Below, piece after piece: positions 1 through 15,000 of a stretch of 64,000 nt of DNA (position 1 is the first letter of the stretch; each line of letters begins with the position of its first letter). The notes under the pieces were generated by a model. The model ran no database searches. It was not told the origin of the DNA and was given only the letters and a program-made list of their open reading frames with translations. A program made the translations under genes and the position numbers. Source of the DNA: Eledone cirrhosa (taxonomy: Eukaryota); assembly GCA_964016885.1 (NCBI GenBank), contig OZ024743.1, positions 330,460,001 through 330,524,000 on the forward strand, written 5' to 3'.

Positions 1-3000
1 ATGAGATAGTGAGTGTGTATTAGATAGTGTATGAGAGAGTGTGTATGAGAGAGTGTGTATGAGTGAGTGTGTATGAGAGAGTATGTATGAGAGAGAGTGT
101 GTATGAGAGAGTGTATGAGAGAGTGTATGAGAGTGTGTATGAGAGAGTGTGTATGAGAGAGAGAGTGTATGAGAGAGTGTGTATGAGAGAGAGTGTGTAT
201 GAGAGAGTGTGTATGAGAGAGAGTGTATGAGAGTGTGTATGAGAGTGTGTATGAGAGAGTGTGTATGAGAGAGAGAGTGTGTATGAGAGAGTGTGTATGA
301 GAGAGTGTGTATGAGAGTGAGTGTGTTTGAGAGTATGTATGAGAGAGTGTGTATGAGAGAGTGTGTATGAGTGAGAGTGTGTATGAGAGAATGTGTATGA
401 GAGACAGTGTGTATGAGAGTATGTATGAGAGAGTGTATGAGAGAGAGTGTGTATGAGAGAGAGTATGTATGAGAGAGTGTGTATGAGAGACTGTATGAGA
501 GAGAGTGTGTATTACAGAGAGTGTGTATGAGAGAGTGTTTATGAGAGTGAGTGTGTATGAGAGTGTGTATGAGAGAGTGTGTATGAGAGAGTGTGTATGA
601 GATTGAGTGTGTATGAGATAGTGTATGAGAGAGTGTGTATGAGAGAGTGTATGAGAGAGTGTATGAGAGAGTGTGTGTATGAGAGAGCGTGTGTATGAGA
701 GAGTGTGTATGAGAGAGTGTGTATGAGAGAGTGTGTATAAGGGAGTGTGTATGAGAAGGAGTGTATGAGAGTGTGTATGAGAGAGAGTGTGTATGAGAGA
801 GTGTGTATGAGAGAGTGTGTATGAGAGAGTGTGTATGAGAGAGAGTGTGTATGAGAGAGTGTGTATGAGAGAGAGAGTGTATGAGAGAGAGTGTGTATGA
901 GAGAGAGCGTGTATGAGAGAGTGTGTATGAGAGAGAGTGTTTGAGAGAGAGTGTGTATGAGAGAGTGTGTATGAGAGTGTGTATGAGAGAGAGTGTATGA
1001 GAGTGTGTATGAGAGAGAGAGTGTGTATGAGAGTGTGTATGAGAGAGTGTGTATGAGAGAGAGTGTGTATGAGAGAGTGTGTATGAGAGAGAGCGTGTAT
1101 GAGAGAGTGTGTATGAGATAGAGTGTATGAGAGAGAGTTTTTATGAGAGAGTGTGTATGAGAGTGTGTATGAGAGAGAGTGTATGAGAGTGTGTATGAGA
1201 GAGAGTGTGTATGAGAGAGAGAGTGTGTATGAGAGTGTGTATGAGAGAGTGTGTATGAGAGAGAGTGTATGAGAGTGTGTATGAGAGAGTGTGTGTATCA
1301 GAGTGTGTGTATGAGAGAGTGTGTATGAGAGAGTGTATGAGAGAGTGTGTATGAGAGAGAGTGTATGAGAGTGTGTATGAGAGAGTGTGTATGAGAGAGA
1401 GTGTGTATGAGAGAGTGTGTATGTGAGAGAGTGTGTATGAGAGAGAGTGTGTATGAGAGAGAGTGTGTATGAGAGAGTGTGTGTATGAGAGAGTGTGTAT
1501 GAGAGAGTGTGTATGAGAGAGTGTGTATGAGAGAGAGTGTGTATGAGAGAGAGTGTGTATGAGAGAGAGTGTGTATGAGAGAGTGTGTGTATGAGAGAGT
1601 GTGTATGAGAGAGTGTGTATGAGAGAGTGTGTATGAGAGTGAGTGTGTATGAGAGAGTGTGTATGAGAGAGTGTGTATATGAGAGAGTGTGTATGAGAGA
1701 GAGTGTGTATGAGAGAGTGTGTATGAGAGAGAGTGTGTATGAGAGAGAGTGTGTATGAGAGAGAGTGTGTATGAGAGAGTGTGTATGAGAGAGAGTGTGT
1801 ATGAGAGAGAGTGTGTATGAGAGAATGTGTGTATGAGAGAGTGTGTATGAGAGAGTGTGTATGAGAGAGTGTGTATGAGAGAGAGTGTGTATGAGAGAGT
1901 GTGTATGAGAGAGTGTGTATGAGAGAGTGTGTGTATGAGAGAGTGTGTATGAGAGAGTGTGTATGAGAGAGTGTGTATGAGAGAGAGTGTGTATGAGAGA
2001 GAGTTTATGAGAGTGTGTATGAGAGAGTGTGTATGAAAGAGAGTGTGTATGAGAGAGAGTGTGTATGAGAGTGTGTATGAGAGAGTGTGTATGAGAGACT
2101 GTGTATGTGAGAGAGTGACTATGAGAGAGTGTGTATGAGAAAGTGTGTATGAGAGAGAGTGAGTATGAGAGAGTGTGTATGAGAGAGAGTGTGTATGAGA
2201 GAGAGTGTGTATGAGAGAGAGTGTCTATGAGAGAGTGTGTATGAGACAGTGTGCATGAGAGAGAGTGTGTATGAGAGTGTGTATGAGAGAGTGTGTATGA
2301 GAGAGAGTGTGTATGAGAGAGTGTGTATGAGAGCGAGTGTGTATGAGAGAGTATGTGTATGAGAGAGTGTGTATGAGAGAGAGTGTCTATGAGAAAGTGT
2401 GTATGAAAGAGAGTGTGTATGAGAGAGAGTGTGTATGAGAGTGTGTATGAGAGAGTGTGTATGAGAGAGAGTGTGTATGAGAGAGTGTGTATGAGAGAGT
2501 GTATGAGAGAGAGTGTGTATGAGAGAGAGTATGTATGAGAGAGTGTGTATGAGAGAGTGTATGAGAGAGAGTGTATATGACAGAGAGTATGTATGAGAGT
2601 GTGTATGTGAGAGTGTGTATGAGAGAGTGTGTATGAGAGTGAGTGTGTATGAGATAGTGAGTGTGTATTAGATAGTGTATGAGAGAGTGTGTATTAGAGA
2701 GTGTGTATGAGAGAGTGTATGAGAGAGAGTGTGTATGAGAGAGTGTGTATGAGAGAGTGTTCATAAGAGAGTGTGTATGAGAGGGAGTGTATGAGAGTGT
2801 GTATGAGAGAGAGTGGTATGAGAGAGTGTGTATGAGAGTGAGTGTGTATGAGATAGTGAGTGTGTATTAGATAGTGTATGAGAGAGTGTGTATGAGAGAG
2901 TGTGTATGAGTGAGTGTGTATGAGAGAGTATGTATGAGAGAGAGTGTATGAGAGAGTGTATGAGAGTGTGTATGAGAGAGTGTGTATGAGAGAGAGAGTG

Positions 3001-6000
3001 TATGAGAGAGTGTGTATGAGAGAGAGTGTGTATGAGAGAGTGTGTATGAGAGAGAGTGTATGAGAGTGTGTATGAGAGTGTGTATGAGAGAGTGTGTATG
3101 AGAGAGAGAGTGTGTATGAGAGAGTGTGTATGAGAGAGTGTGTATGAGAGTGAGTGTGTATGAGAGTGTGTATGAGAGAGTGTGTATGAGAGGGTGTGTA
3201 TGAGAGTGAGTGTGTTTGAGAGTATGTATGAGAGAGTGTGTATGAGAGAGTGTGTATGAGTGAGAGTGTGTATGAGAGAATGTGTATGAGAGACAGTGTG
3301 TATGAGAGTATGTATGAGAGAGTGTATGAGAGAGAGTGTGTATGAGAGAGAGTATGTATGAGAGAGTGTGTATGAGAGACTGTATGAGAGAGAGTGTGTA
3401 TTACAGAGAGTGTGTATGAGAGAGTGTTTATGAGAGTGAGTGTGTATGAGATAGTGTATGAGAGAGTGTGTATGAGAGAGTGTATGAGAGAGTGTATGAG
3501 AGAGTGTGTGTATGAGAGAGCGTGTGTATGAGAGAGTGTGTATGAGAGAGTGTGTATGAGAGAGTGTGTATAAGAGAGTGTGTATGAGAAGGAGTGTATG
3601 AGAGTGTGTATGAGAGAGAGTGTGTATGAGAGAGTGTGTATGAGAGAGTGTGTATGAGAGAGAGTGTGTATGAGAGAGTGTGTATGAGAGAGAGAGTGTA
3701 TGAGAGAGAGTGTGTATGAGAGAGAGCGTGTATGAGAGAGTGTGTATGAGAGAGAGTGTTTGAGAGAGAGTGTGTATGAGAGAGTGTGTATGAGAGTGTG
3801 TATGAGAGAGAGTGTATGAGAGTGTGTATGAGAGAGAGTGTGTATGAGAGAGAGAGTGTGTATGAGAGTGTGTATGAGAGAGTGTGTATGAGAGAGAGTG
3901 TGTATGAGAGAGTGTGTATGAGAGAGAGCGTGTATGAGAGAGTGTGTATGAGATAGAGTGTATGAGAGAGAGTTTTTATGAGAGAGTGTGTATGAGAGTG
4001 TGTATGAGAGAGAGTGTATGAGAGTGTGTATGAGAGAGAGTGTGTATGAGAGAGAGAGTGTGTATGAGAGTGTGTATGAGAGAGTGTGTATGAGAGAGAG
4101 TGTATGAGAGTGTGTATGAGAGAGTGTGTGTATCAGAGTGTGTGTATGAGAGAGTGTGTATGAGAGAGTGTATGAGAGAGTGTGTATGAGAGAGAGTGTA
4201 TGAGAGTGTGTATGAGAGAGTGTGTATGAGAGAGAGTGTGTATGAGAGAGTGTGTATGTGAGAGAGTGTGTATGAGAGAGAGTGTGTATGAGAGAGAGTG
4301 TGTATGAGAGAGTGTGTGTATGAGAGAGTGTGTATGAGAGAGTGTGTATGAGAGAGTGTGTATGAGAGAGAGTGTGTATGAGAGAGAGTGTGTATGAGAG
4401 AGAGTGTGTATGAGAGAGTGTGTGTATGAGAGAGTGTGTATGAGAGAGTGTGTATGAGAGAGTGTGTATGAGAGTGAGTGTGTATGAGAGAGTGTGTATG
4501 AGAGAGTGTGTATATGAGAGAGTGTGTATGAGAGAGAGTGTGTATGAGAGAGTGTGTATGAGAGAGAGTGTGTATGAGAGAGAGTGTGTATGAGAGAGAG
4601 TGTGTATGAGAGAGTGTGTATGAGAGAGAGTGTGTATGAGAGAGAGTGTGTATGAGAGAATGTGTGTATGAGAGAGTGTGTATGAGAGAGTGTGTATGAG
4701 AGAGTGTGTATGAGAGAGAGTGTGTATGAGAGAGTGTGTATGAGAGAGTGTGTATGAGAGAGTGTGTGTATGAGAGAGTGTGTATGAGAGAGTGTGTATG
4801 AGAGAGTGTGTATGAGAGAGAGTGTGTATGAGAGAGAGTTTATGAGAGTGTGTATGAGAGAGTGTGTATGAAAGAGAGTGTGTATGAGAGAGAGTGTGTA
4901 TGAGAGAGAGTGTGTATGAGAGTGAGTGTGTATGAGAGAGTGTGTGTATGAGAGAGTGTGTATGAGAGAGTGTGTATGAGAGAGTGTGTATGAGAGAGAG
5001 TGTGTATGAGAGAGTGTGTATGAGAGAGAGTGTGTATGAGAGAGAGTGTGTATGAGAGAGAGTGTGTATGAGAGAGTGTGTGTATTAGGGAGTGTGTATG
5101 AGAGAGTGTGTACGAGAGAGTGTGTATGAGAGAGAGTGTGTATGAGAGAGAGTGTGTATGAGAGAGAGTGTGTATGAGAGAGTGTGTATGAGAGAGTGTG
5201 TATGAGAGAGTGTGTATGAGAGAGAGTGTGTATGGGAGAGTGTGTATGAGAGAGAGTGTGTATGAGAGAGAGTGTATGAAAGTGTGTATGAGAGAGTGTG
5301 CTTATGAGAGAGTGTGTATGAGAGAGTGTGTATGAGAGTGTGTATGAGAGAGTGTGTATGAGCGAGAGTGTGTATGAGAGAGAGTGTGTATGAGAGGGAG
5401 TGTATGAGAGTGTGTATGAGAGAGACTGTGTATGAGAGTGTGTATGAGAGTGTGTGTATGAGAGAGTGTGTATGAGAGAGTGTGTGTATGAGAGAGTGTG
5501 TATGACAGAGAGTGTATGAGAGAGAGTGTGTATGAGCGAGTGTGTATGAGAGAGAGCGTGTATGAGAGAGTGTGTATGAGAGAGAGTGTATGAGAGAGAG
5601 TGTGTATGAGAGAGTGTGTATGAGAGTGTGTATGAGAGAGAGTGTATGAGAGTGTGTATGAGAGAGAGTGTGTATGAGAGAGAGAGTGTGTGAGAGAGTG
5701 TGTATGAGAGAGAGAGAGTGTGTATGAGAGTGTGTATGAGAGAGAGTGTGTATGAGAGAGTGTGTATGAGAGAGTGTGTATGAGAGAGTGTATGAGAGAG
5801 AGTGTCTATTACAGAGAGTGTGTATGAGAGAGTGCGTATGAGAGAGTGTGTATGAGAGTGAGTGTGTATGAGGTAGTGTATGAGAGAGTGTGTATGAGAG
5901 TGTGTATGAGAGAGTGTGTGTATGAGAGTGTGTGTATGAGAGAGTGTGTATGAGTGAGTGTATGAGAGAGTGTGTATGAGAGAGAGTGTAGGAGAGTGTG

Positions 6001-9000
6001 TATGAGAGAGTGTGTATGAGAGAGTGTGTATGAGAGAGAGTGTGTATGAGAGAGTGTGTATGAGAGAGTGTATGAGAGAGAGTGTCTATTACAGAGAGTG
6101 TGTATGAGAGAGTGTGTATGAGAGAGTGTGTATGAGAGAGTTTGTATGAGAGAGAGTGTGTATGAGAGAGTGTGTATGAGAGGGTGTGTATGCGAGAGTG
6201 TATGAGAGAGAGTGTCTATTACAGAGAGTGTGTATGAGAGAGTGTGTATGAGAGAGTGTGTATGAGCGTGAGTGTGTATGAGGTAGTGTATGAGAGAGTG
6301 TGTATGAGAGTGTGTATGAGAGAGTGTGTGTATGAGAGTGTGTGTATGAGAGAGTGTGTATGAGAGAGTGTATGAGAGAGTGTGTATGAGAGAGAGTGTA
6401 TGAGAGTGTGTATGAGAGAGTGTGTATGAGAGAGTGTGTATGAGATAGAGTGTATGAGAGTGTGTATGAGAGAGAGTGTGTATGAGAGAGAGTGTGTATG
6501 AGAGAGAGTGTGTATGAGAGAGTGTGTATGAGAGAGTGTGTATGAGAGAGTGTGTATGAGAGAGAGTGTGTATGAGAGAGAGTGTGTATGAGAGAGTGTG
6601 TGTATGAGAGAGTGTGTATGAGAGAGTGTGTATGAGAGAGTGTGTATGAGAGAGAGTGTGTATGAGAGAGTGTGTATGAGAGAGTGTGTGTATGAGAGAG
6701 TGTGTATGAGAGAGTGTGTATGAGAGAGTGTGTATGAGAGAGAGTGTGTATTGGAGAGAGTGTGTATGAGAGAGAGTGTGTATGAGAGAGAGTGTGTATG
6801 AGAGAGAGTGTGTATGAGAGAGTGTGTGTATGAGAGAGTGTGTATGAGAGAGTGTGTATGAGAGAGTGTGTATGAGAGAGAGTGTGTATTGGAGAGAGTG
6901 TGTATGAGAGAGAGTGTGTATGAGAGAGTGTGTGTATGAGAGAGTGTGTATGAGAGAGTGTGTATGAGAGAGTGTGTATGAGAGAGAGTGTGTATGAGAG
7001 AGTGTATATGACGAGTGTGTGTATTAGAGAGTGTGTATGAGAGAGTGTGTATGAGAGAGTGTGTATGAGAGAGAGTGTGTATGAGAGAGTGTGTATGAGA
7101 GAGAGTGTGTATGAAAGAGAGTGTGTATGAGAGAGAGTGTGTATGAGAGAGTGTGTATGAGAGAGTGTGTATGAGAGAGAGTGTGTATGAGAGAGTGTGT
7201 ATGAGAGAGAGTGTGTATGAGAGAGAGTGTGTATGAGAGAGTGTGTATGAGAGAGTGTGTATGAGAGTGTGTATGAGAGAGTGTGTATGAGAGAGAGTGT
7301 GTATGAGAGAGAGTGTGTATGAGAGAGAGTGTGTATGAGAGAGAGTGTGTATGAGAGAGTGTGTGTATGAGAGAGTGTGTATGAGAGAGTGTGTATGAGA
7401 GAGAGTGTGTATTGGAGAGAGTGTGTACGAGAGAGAGTGTGTATGAGAGAGAGTGTGTATGAGAGAGAGTGTGTATGAGAGAGTGTGTGTATGAGAGAGT
7501 GTGTATGAGAGAGTGTGTATGAGAGAGTGTGTATGAGAGAGAGTGTGTATGAGAGAGAGTGTGTATGAGAGAGAGTGTGTATGAGAGGGAGTGTATGAGA
7601 GTGTGTATGAGAGAGTGTGCGTATGAGAGAGTGTGTATGAGAGAGTGTGTATGAGAGTGTGTATGAGAGAGTGTGTATGAGAGAGAGTGTGTATGAGAGA
7701 GAGTGTGTATGAGAGGGAGTGTATGAGAGTGTGTATGAGAGAGACTGTGTATGAGAGTGTGTATGAGAGTGTGTGTATGAGAGAGTGTGTATGAGAGAGT
7801 GTGTGTATGAGAGAGTGTGTATGAGAGAGAGTGTATGAGAGAGAGTGTGTATGAGCGAGTGTGTATGAGAGAGAGCGTGTATGAGAGAGTGTGTATGAGA
7901 GAGAGTGTATGAGAGAGAGTGTGTATGAGAGAGTGTGTATGAGAGTGTGTATGAGAGAGAGTGTATGAGAGTGTGTATGAGAGAGAGTGTGTACGAGAGA
8001 GAGAGTGTGTGAGAGAGTGTGTATGAGAGAGAGAGAGTGTGTATGAGAGTGTGTATGAGAGAGTGTGTATGAGAGAGAGTGTGTATGAGAGAGTGTGTAT
8101 GAGAGAGTGTATGAGAGAGAGTGTCTATTACAGAGTGTGTGTATGAGAGAGTGCGTATGAGAGAGTGTGTATGAGAGTGAGTGTGTATGAGGTAGTGTAT
8201 GAGAGAGTGTGTATGAGAGTGTGTATGAGAGAGTGTGTGTATGAGAGTGTGTGTATGAGAGAGTGTGTATGAGTGAGTGTATGAGAGAGTGTGTATGAGA
8301 GAGAGTGTAGGAGAGTGTGTATGAGAGAGTGTGTATGAGAGAGTGTGTATGAGAGAGAGTGTGTATGAGAGAGTGTGTATGAGAGGGTGTGTATGAGAGA
8401 GTGTATGAGAGAGAGTGTCTATTACAGAGAGTGTGTATGAGAGAGTGTGTATGAGAGAGTGTGTATGAGCGTGAGTGTGTATGAGGTAGTGTATGAGAGA
8501 GTGTGTATGAGAGTGTGTATGAGAGAGTGTGTTTATGAGAGTGTGTGTATGAGAGAGTGTGTATGACAGAGTGTATGAGAGAGTGTGTATGAGAGAGAGT
8601 GTATGAGAGTGTGTATGAGAGAGTGTGTATGAGAGAGTGTGTATGAGAGAGTGTATGAGAGAGAGTGTGTATGAGATAGAGTGTATGAGAGTGTGTATGA
8701 GAGAGAGTGTGTATGAGAGAGAGTGGGTATGAGAGAGAGTGTGTATGAGAGAGTGTGTATGAGAGAGTGTGTATGAGAGAGTGTGTATGAGAGAGAGTGT
8801 TTATGAGAGAGAGTGTGTATGAGAGAGTGTGTGTATGAGAGAGTGTGTATGAGAGAGTGTGTATGAGAGAGTGTGTATGAGAGAGAGTGTGTATGAGAGA
8901 GTGTGTATGAGAGAGTGTGTGTATGAGAGAGTGTGTATGAGAGAGTGTGTATGAGAGAGTGTGTATGAGAGAGAGTGTGTATTGGAGAGAGTGTGTATGA

Positions 9001-12000
9001 GAGAGAGTGTGTATGAGAGAGAGTGTGTATGAGAGAGAGTGTGTATGAGAGAGTGTGTGTATGAGAGAGTGTGTATGAGAGAGTGTGTATGAGAGAGTGT
9101 GTATGAGAGAGTGTGTATGAGAGAGAGTCTTTATGAGAGAGAGTGTGTATGAGAGAGAGTGTGTATGAGAGAGTGTGTGTATGAGAGAGTGTGTATGAGA
9201 GAGTGTGTATGAGAGAGTGTGTATGAGAGAGAGTGTGTATGAGAGAGTGTATATGACGAGTGTGTGTATTAGAGAGTGTGTATGAGAGAGTGTGTGTATG
9301 AGAGAGTGTTTATGAGAGAGTGTGTATGAGAGAGTGTGTATGAGAGAGAGTGTGTATGAGAGACTGTGTATGAGAGAGAGTGTGTATGAAAGAGAGTGTG
9401 TATGAGAGAGAGTGTGTATGAGAGAGTGTGTATGAGAGAGTGTGTATGAGAGAGAGTGTGTATGAGAGAGTGTGTATGAGAGAGAGTGTGTATGAGAGAG
9501 AGTGTGTATGAGAGAGTGTGTATGAGAGAGTGTGTATGAGAGTGTGTATGAGAGAGTGTGTATGAGAGAGAGTGTGTATGAGAGAGAGTGTGTATGAGAG
9601 AGAGTGTGTATGGGAGAGAGTGTGTATGAGAGAGAGTGTGTATGAGAGAGTGTGTGTATGAGAGAGTGTGTATGAGAGAGTGTGTATGAGAGAGAGTGTG
9701 TATTGGAGAGAGTGTGTATGAGAGAGAGTGTGTATGAGAGAGAGTGTGTATGAGAGAGAGTGTGTATGAGAGAGTGTGTGTATGAGAGAGTGTGTATGAG
9801 AGAGTGTGTATGAGAGAGTGTGTATGAGAGAGAGTTTGTATGAGAGAGAGTGTGTATGAGAGAGAGTGTGTATGAGAGAGTGTGTGTATGAGAGAGTGTG
9901 TATGAGAGAGTGTGTATGAGAGAGTGTGTATGAGAGAGTGTGTGTATGAGAGAGTGTGTATGAGAGAGAATTTGTGTATGAGAGAGTGTGTATGAGAGAG
10001 TGTGTATGAGAGAGTGTGTATGAGAGAGAGTGTGTATGAGAGAGTGTGTATGAGAGAGAGTGTGTATGAGAGAGAGTGTGTATGAGAGAGAGTGTGTATG
10101 AGAGAGTGTGTGTCTGAGAGAGTGTGTATGAGAGAGTGTGTATGAGAGAGTGTGTATGAGAGAGAGTGTGTATGAGAGAGTGTGTATGAGAGAGAGTGTG
10201 TATGAGAGAGAGTGTGTATGAGAGAGAGTGTGTATGAGAGAGTGTGTGTATGAGAGAGTGTGTATGAGAGAGTGTGTATGAGAGAGTGTGTATGAGAGAG
10301 AGTGTGTATGAGAGAGAGTGTGTATGAGAGAGTGTGTGTATGAGAGAGTGTGTATGAGAGAGTGTGTATGAGAGAGTGTGTATGAGAGAGAGTGTATGAG
10401 AGTGTGTATGCGAGAGTGTGTGTATGAGAGAGTGTGTATGAGAGAGTGTGTATGAGAGAGAGTGTGTATGAGAGAGTGTGTATGAGAGAGAGTGTGTATG
10501 AGAGAGAGTGTATGAGAGTGTGCATGAGAGAGTGTGTATGAGAGAGTGTGTGTATGAGAGAGTGTGTATGAGAGAGAATTTGTGTATGAGAGAGTGTGTA
10601 TGAGAGTGTGTATGAGAGAGTGTGTATGAGAGAGAGTGTGTATGAGAGAGTGTGTATGAGAGATAGTGTGTATGAGAGAGAGTGTGTATGAGAGAGAGTG
10701 TGTATGAGAGAGTGTGTATGAGAGAGTGTGTATGAGAGAGTGTGTATGAGAGAGTGTGTATGAGAGAGAGTGTGTATGAGAGATAGTGTGTATGAGAGAG
10801 TGTGTTTATGAGAGATTGTGTATGAGAGAGTGTGTATGAGAGAGTGTGTATGAGAGAGAGTGTGTATGAGAGAGAGTGTGTATGAGAGAGTGTGTGTATG
10901 AGAGAGTGTGTATGAGAGAGTGTGTATGAGAGAGTGTGTATGAGAGAGTGTGTATGAGAGAGTGTGTATGAGAGAGTGTGTATGAGAGAGTGTGTATGAG
11001 AGAGTGTGTATGAGAGAGTGTGTGTATGAGAGAGTGTGTATGAGAGAGTGTGTATGAGAGTGTGTGTATGAGAGAGTGTGTGTATGAGAGAGAGTGTGTA
11101 TGAGAGAGAGTGTGTATGAGAGAGTGTGTGTATGAGAGAGTGTGTATGAGAGAGTGTGTATGAGAGATTGTGTATGAGAGAGTGTGTATGAGAGAGTGTG
11201 TATGAGAGAGAGTGTGTATGAGAGAGAGTGTGTATGAGAGAGTGTGCGTATGAGAGAGTGTGTATGAGAGAGTGTGTATGAGAGAGTGTGTATGAGAGAG
11301 AGTGTATGAGAGTGTGTATGAGAGAGTGTGTGTATGAGAGAGTGTGTATGAGAGAGTGTGTATGAGAGATAGTGTGTATGAGAGAGTGTGTATGAGAGGG
11401 TGTGTATGAGAGAGAGTGTGTATGAGAGAGTGTGTATGAGAGAGTGTGTATGAGAGAGAGTGTGTATGAGAGAGTGTGTATGAGAGAGTGTGTATGATAG
11501 TGTGTGTATGAGAGAGTGTGTGTATGAGAGAGTGTGTATGAGAGTGTGTGTATGAGAGAGTGTGTATGAGAGAGTGTGTATGAGAGAGTGTGTATGAGAG
11601 ATTGTGTATGAGAGAGTGTGTATGAGAGAGTGTGTATGAGAGAGAGTGTTTATGAGAGAGAGTGTGTATGAGAGAGTGTGTGTATGAGAGAGTGTGTATG
11701 AGAGAGTGTGTATGAGAGAGAGTGTGTATGAGAGAGTGTGTATGAGAGAGTGTGTATGATAGTGTGTGTATGAGAGAGTGTGTGTATGAGAGAGTGTGTA
11801 TGAGAGTGTGTGTATGAGAGAGTGTGTATGAGAGATTGTGTATGAGAGAGTGTGTATGAGAGAGTGTGTATGAGAGAGAGTGTGTATGAGAGAGAGTGTG
11901 TATGAGAGAGTGTGCGTATGAGAGAGTGTGTATGAGAGAGTGTGTATGAGAGAGTGTGTATGAGAGATTGTGTATGAGAGAGTCTGTATGAGAGAGTGTG

Positions 12001-15000
12001 TGTATGAGAGAGTGTGTATGAGAGATTGTGTATGAGAGAGTCTGTATGAGAGAGTGTGTTTGAGAGAGAGTGTTTATGAGAGATAGTGTATGAGAGAGTC
12101 TGTATGAGAGAGAGTGTGTATGAGAGAGTGTGTATGAGAGATTGTGTATGAGAGAGTCTGTATGAGAGAGTGTGTTTGAGAGAGAGTGTTTATGAGAGAT
12201 TGTGTATGAGAGAGTGTGTATGAGAGATTGTGTATGAGAGAGTGTTTATGAGAGAGAGTGTTTATGAGAGATTGTGTATGAGAGAGTGTGTATGAGAGAG
12301 AGTGTGTTTGAGAGAGTGTGTGTATGAGAGAGTGTGTATGAGAGAGTGTGTATGAGAGAGTGTGTATGAGAGAGAGTGTATGAGAGTGTGTATGAGAGAG
12401 TGTGTGTATGAGAGAGTGTGTATGAGAGAGTGTGTATGAGAGAGAGTGTGTATGAGAGAGTGTCTATGAGAGAGTGTGTATGATAGTGTGTGTATGAGAG
12501 AGTGTGTGTATGAGAGAGTGTGTATGAGAGTGTGTGTATGAGAGAGTGTGTATGAGAGAGTGTGTATGAGAGAGTGTGTATGAGAGAGTGTGTATGAGAG
12601 AGTGTGTATGAGAGAGTGTGTGTATGAGAGAGTGTGTATGAGAGAGTGTGTATGAGAGAGTGTGTATGAGAGAGTGTGTATGAGAGAGTGTGTATGAGAG
12701 AGTGTGTGTATGAGAGAGTGTGTATGAGAGAGTGTGTATGAGAGAGTGTGTGTATGAGAGAGTGTGTATGAGAGAGTGTGTATGAGAGAGTGTGTATGAG
12801 AGAGTGTGTATGAGAGAGTGTGTGTATGAGAGAGTGTGTATGAGAGAGTGTGTATGAGAGAGTGTGTGTATGAGAGAGTGTGTATGAGAGAGTGTGTATG
12901 AGAGAGTGTGTGTATGAGAGAGTGTGTATGAGAGAGTGTGTATGAGAGAGTGTGTATGAGAGAGTGTGTGTATGAGAGAGTGTGTATGAGAGAGTGTGTA
13001 TGAGAGAGTGTGTGTATGAGAGAGTGTGTATGAGAGAGTGTGTATGAGAGAGTGTGTATGAGAGAGTGTGTATGAGAGAGTGTGTATGAGAGAGTGTGTG
13101 TATGAGAGAGTGTGTATGAGAGAGTGTGTATGAGAGAGTGTGTGTATGAGAGAGTGTGTATGAGAGAGTGTGTGTATGAGAGAGTGTGTATGAGAGAGTG
13201 TGTATGAGAGAGTGTGTATGAGAGTGTGTGTATGAGAGAGTGTGTATGAGAGAGTGTGTATGAGAGATAGTGTGTATGAGAGAGTGTGTATGAGAGAGTG
13301 TGTATGAGAGAGAGTGTGTATGAGAGAGTGTGTATGAGAGAGTGTGTATGAGAGAGAGTGTGTATGAGAGAGTGTGTATGAGAGAGTGTGTATGATAGTG
13401 TGTGTATGAGAGAGTGTGTGTATGAGAGAGTGTGTATGAGAGTGTGTGTATGAGAGAGTGTGTATGAGAGAGTGTGTATGAGAGAGTGTGTATGAGAGAT
13501 TGTGTATGAGAGAGTGTGTATGAGAGAGTGTGTATGAGAGAGAGTGTTTATGAGAGAGAGTGTGTATGAGAGAGTGTGTGTATGAGAGAGTGTGTATGAG
13601 AGAGTGTGTATGAGAGAGAGTGTGTATGAGAGAGTGTGTATGAGAGAGTGTGTATGATAGTGTGTGTATGAGAGAGTGTGTGTATGAGAGAGTGTGTATG
13701 AGAGTGTGTGTATGAGAGAGTGTGTATGAGAGATTGTGTATGAGAGAGTGTGTATGAGAGAGTGTGTATGAGAGAGAGTGTGTATGAGAGAGAGTGTGTA
13801 TGAGAGAGTGTGCGTATGAGAGAGTGTGTATGAGAGAGTGTGTATGAGAGAGTGTGTATGAGAGATTGTGTATGAGAGAGTCTGTATGAGAGAGTGTGTG
13901 TATGAGAGAGTGTGTATGAGAGATTGTGTATGAGAGAGTCTGTATGAGAGAGTGTGTTTGAGAGAGAGTGTTTATGAGAGATAGTGTATGAGAGAGTCTG
14001 TATGAGAGAGAGTGTGTATGAGAGAGTGTGTATGAGAGATTGTGTATGAGAGAGTCTGTATGAGAGAGTGTGTTTGAGAGAGAGTGTTTATGAGAGATTG
14101 TGTATGAGAGAGTGTGTATGAGAGATTGTGTATGAGAGAGTGTTTATGAGAGAGAGTGTTTATGAGAGATTGTGTATGAGAGAGTGTGTATGAGAGAGAG
14201 TGTGTATGAGAGAGTGTGTGTATGAGAGAGTGTGTATGAGAGAGTGTGTATGAGAGAGTGTGTATGAGAGAGTGTGTATGAGAGAGAGTGTATGAGAGTG
14301 TGTATGAGAGAGTGTGTGTATGAGAGAGTGTGTATGAGAGAGTGTGTATGAGAGAGAGTGTGTATGAGAGAGTGTGTATGAGAGAGTGTGTATGATAGTG
14401 TGTGTATGAGAGAGTGTGTGTATGAGAGAGTGTGTATGAGAGTGTGTGTATGAGAGAGTGTGTATGAGAGAGTGTGTATGAGAGAGTGTGTATGAGAGAG
14501 TGTGTATGAGAGAGTGTGTATGAGAGAGTGTGTGTATGAGAGAGTGTGTATGAGAGAGTGTGTATGAGAGAGTGTGTATGAGAGAGTGTGTATGAGAGAG
14601 TGTGTATGAGAGAGTGTGTGTATGAGAGAGTGTGTATGAGAGAGTGTGTATGAGAGAGTGTGTGTATGAGAGAGTGTGTATGAGAGAGTGTGTATGAGAG
14701 AGTGTGTATGAGAGAGTGTGTATGAGAGAGTGTGTGTATGAGAGAGTGTGTATGAGAGAGTGTGTATGAGAGAGTGTGTGTATGAGAGAGTGTGTATGAG
14801 AGAGTGTGTATGAGAGAGTGTGTGTATGAGAGAGTGTGTATGAGAGAGTGTGTATGAGAGAGTGTGTATGAGAGAGTGTGTGTATGAGAGAGTGTGTATG
14901 AGAGAGTGTGTGTATGAGAGAGTGTGTATGAGAGAGTGTGTATGAGAGAGTGTGTATGAGAGAGTGTGTATGAGAGAGTGTGTATGAGAGAGTGTGTGTA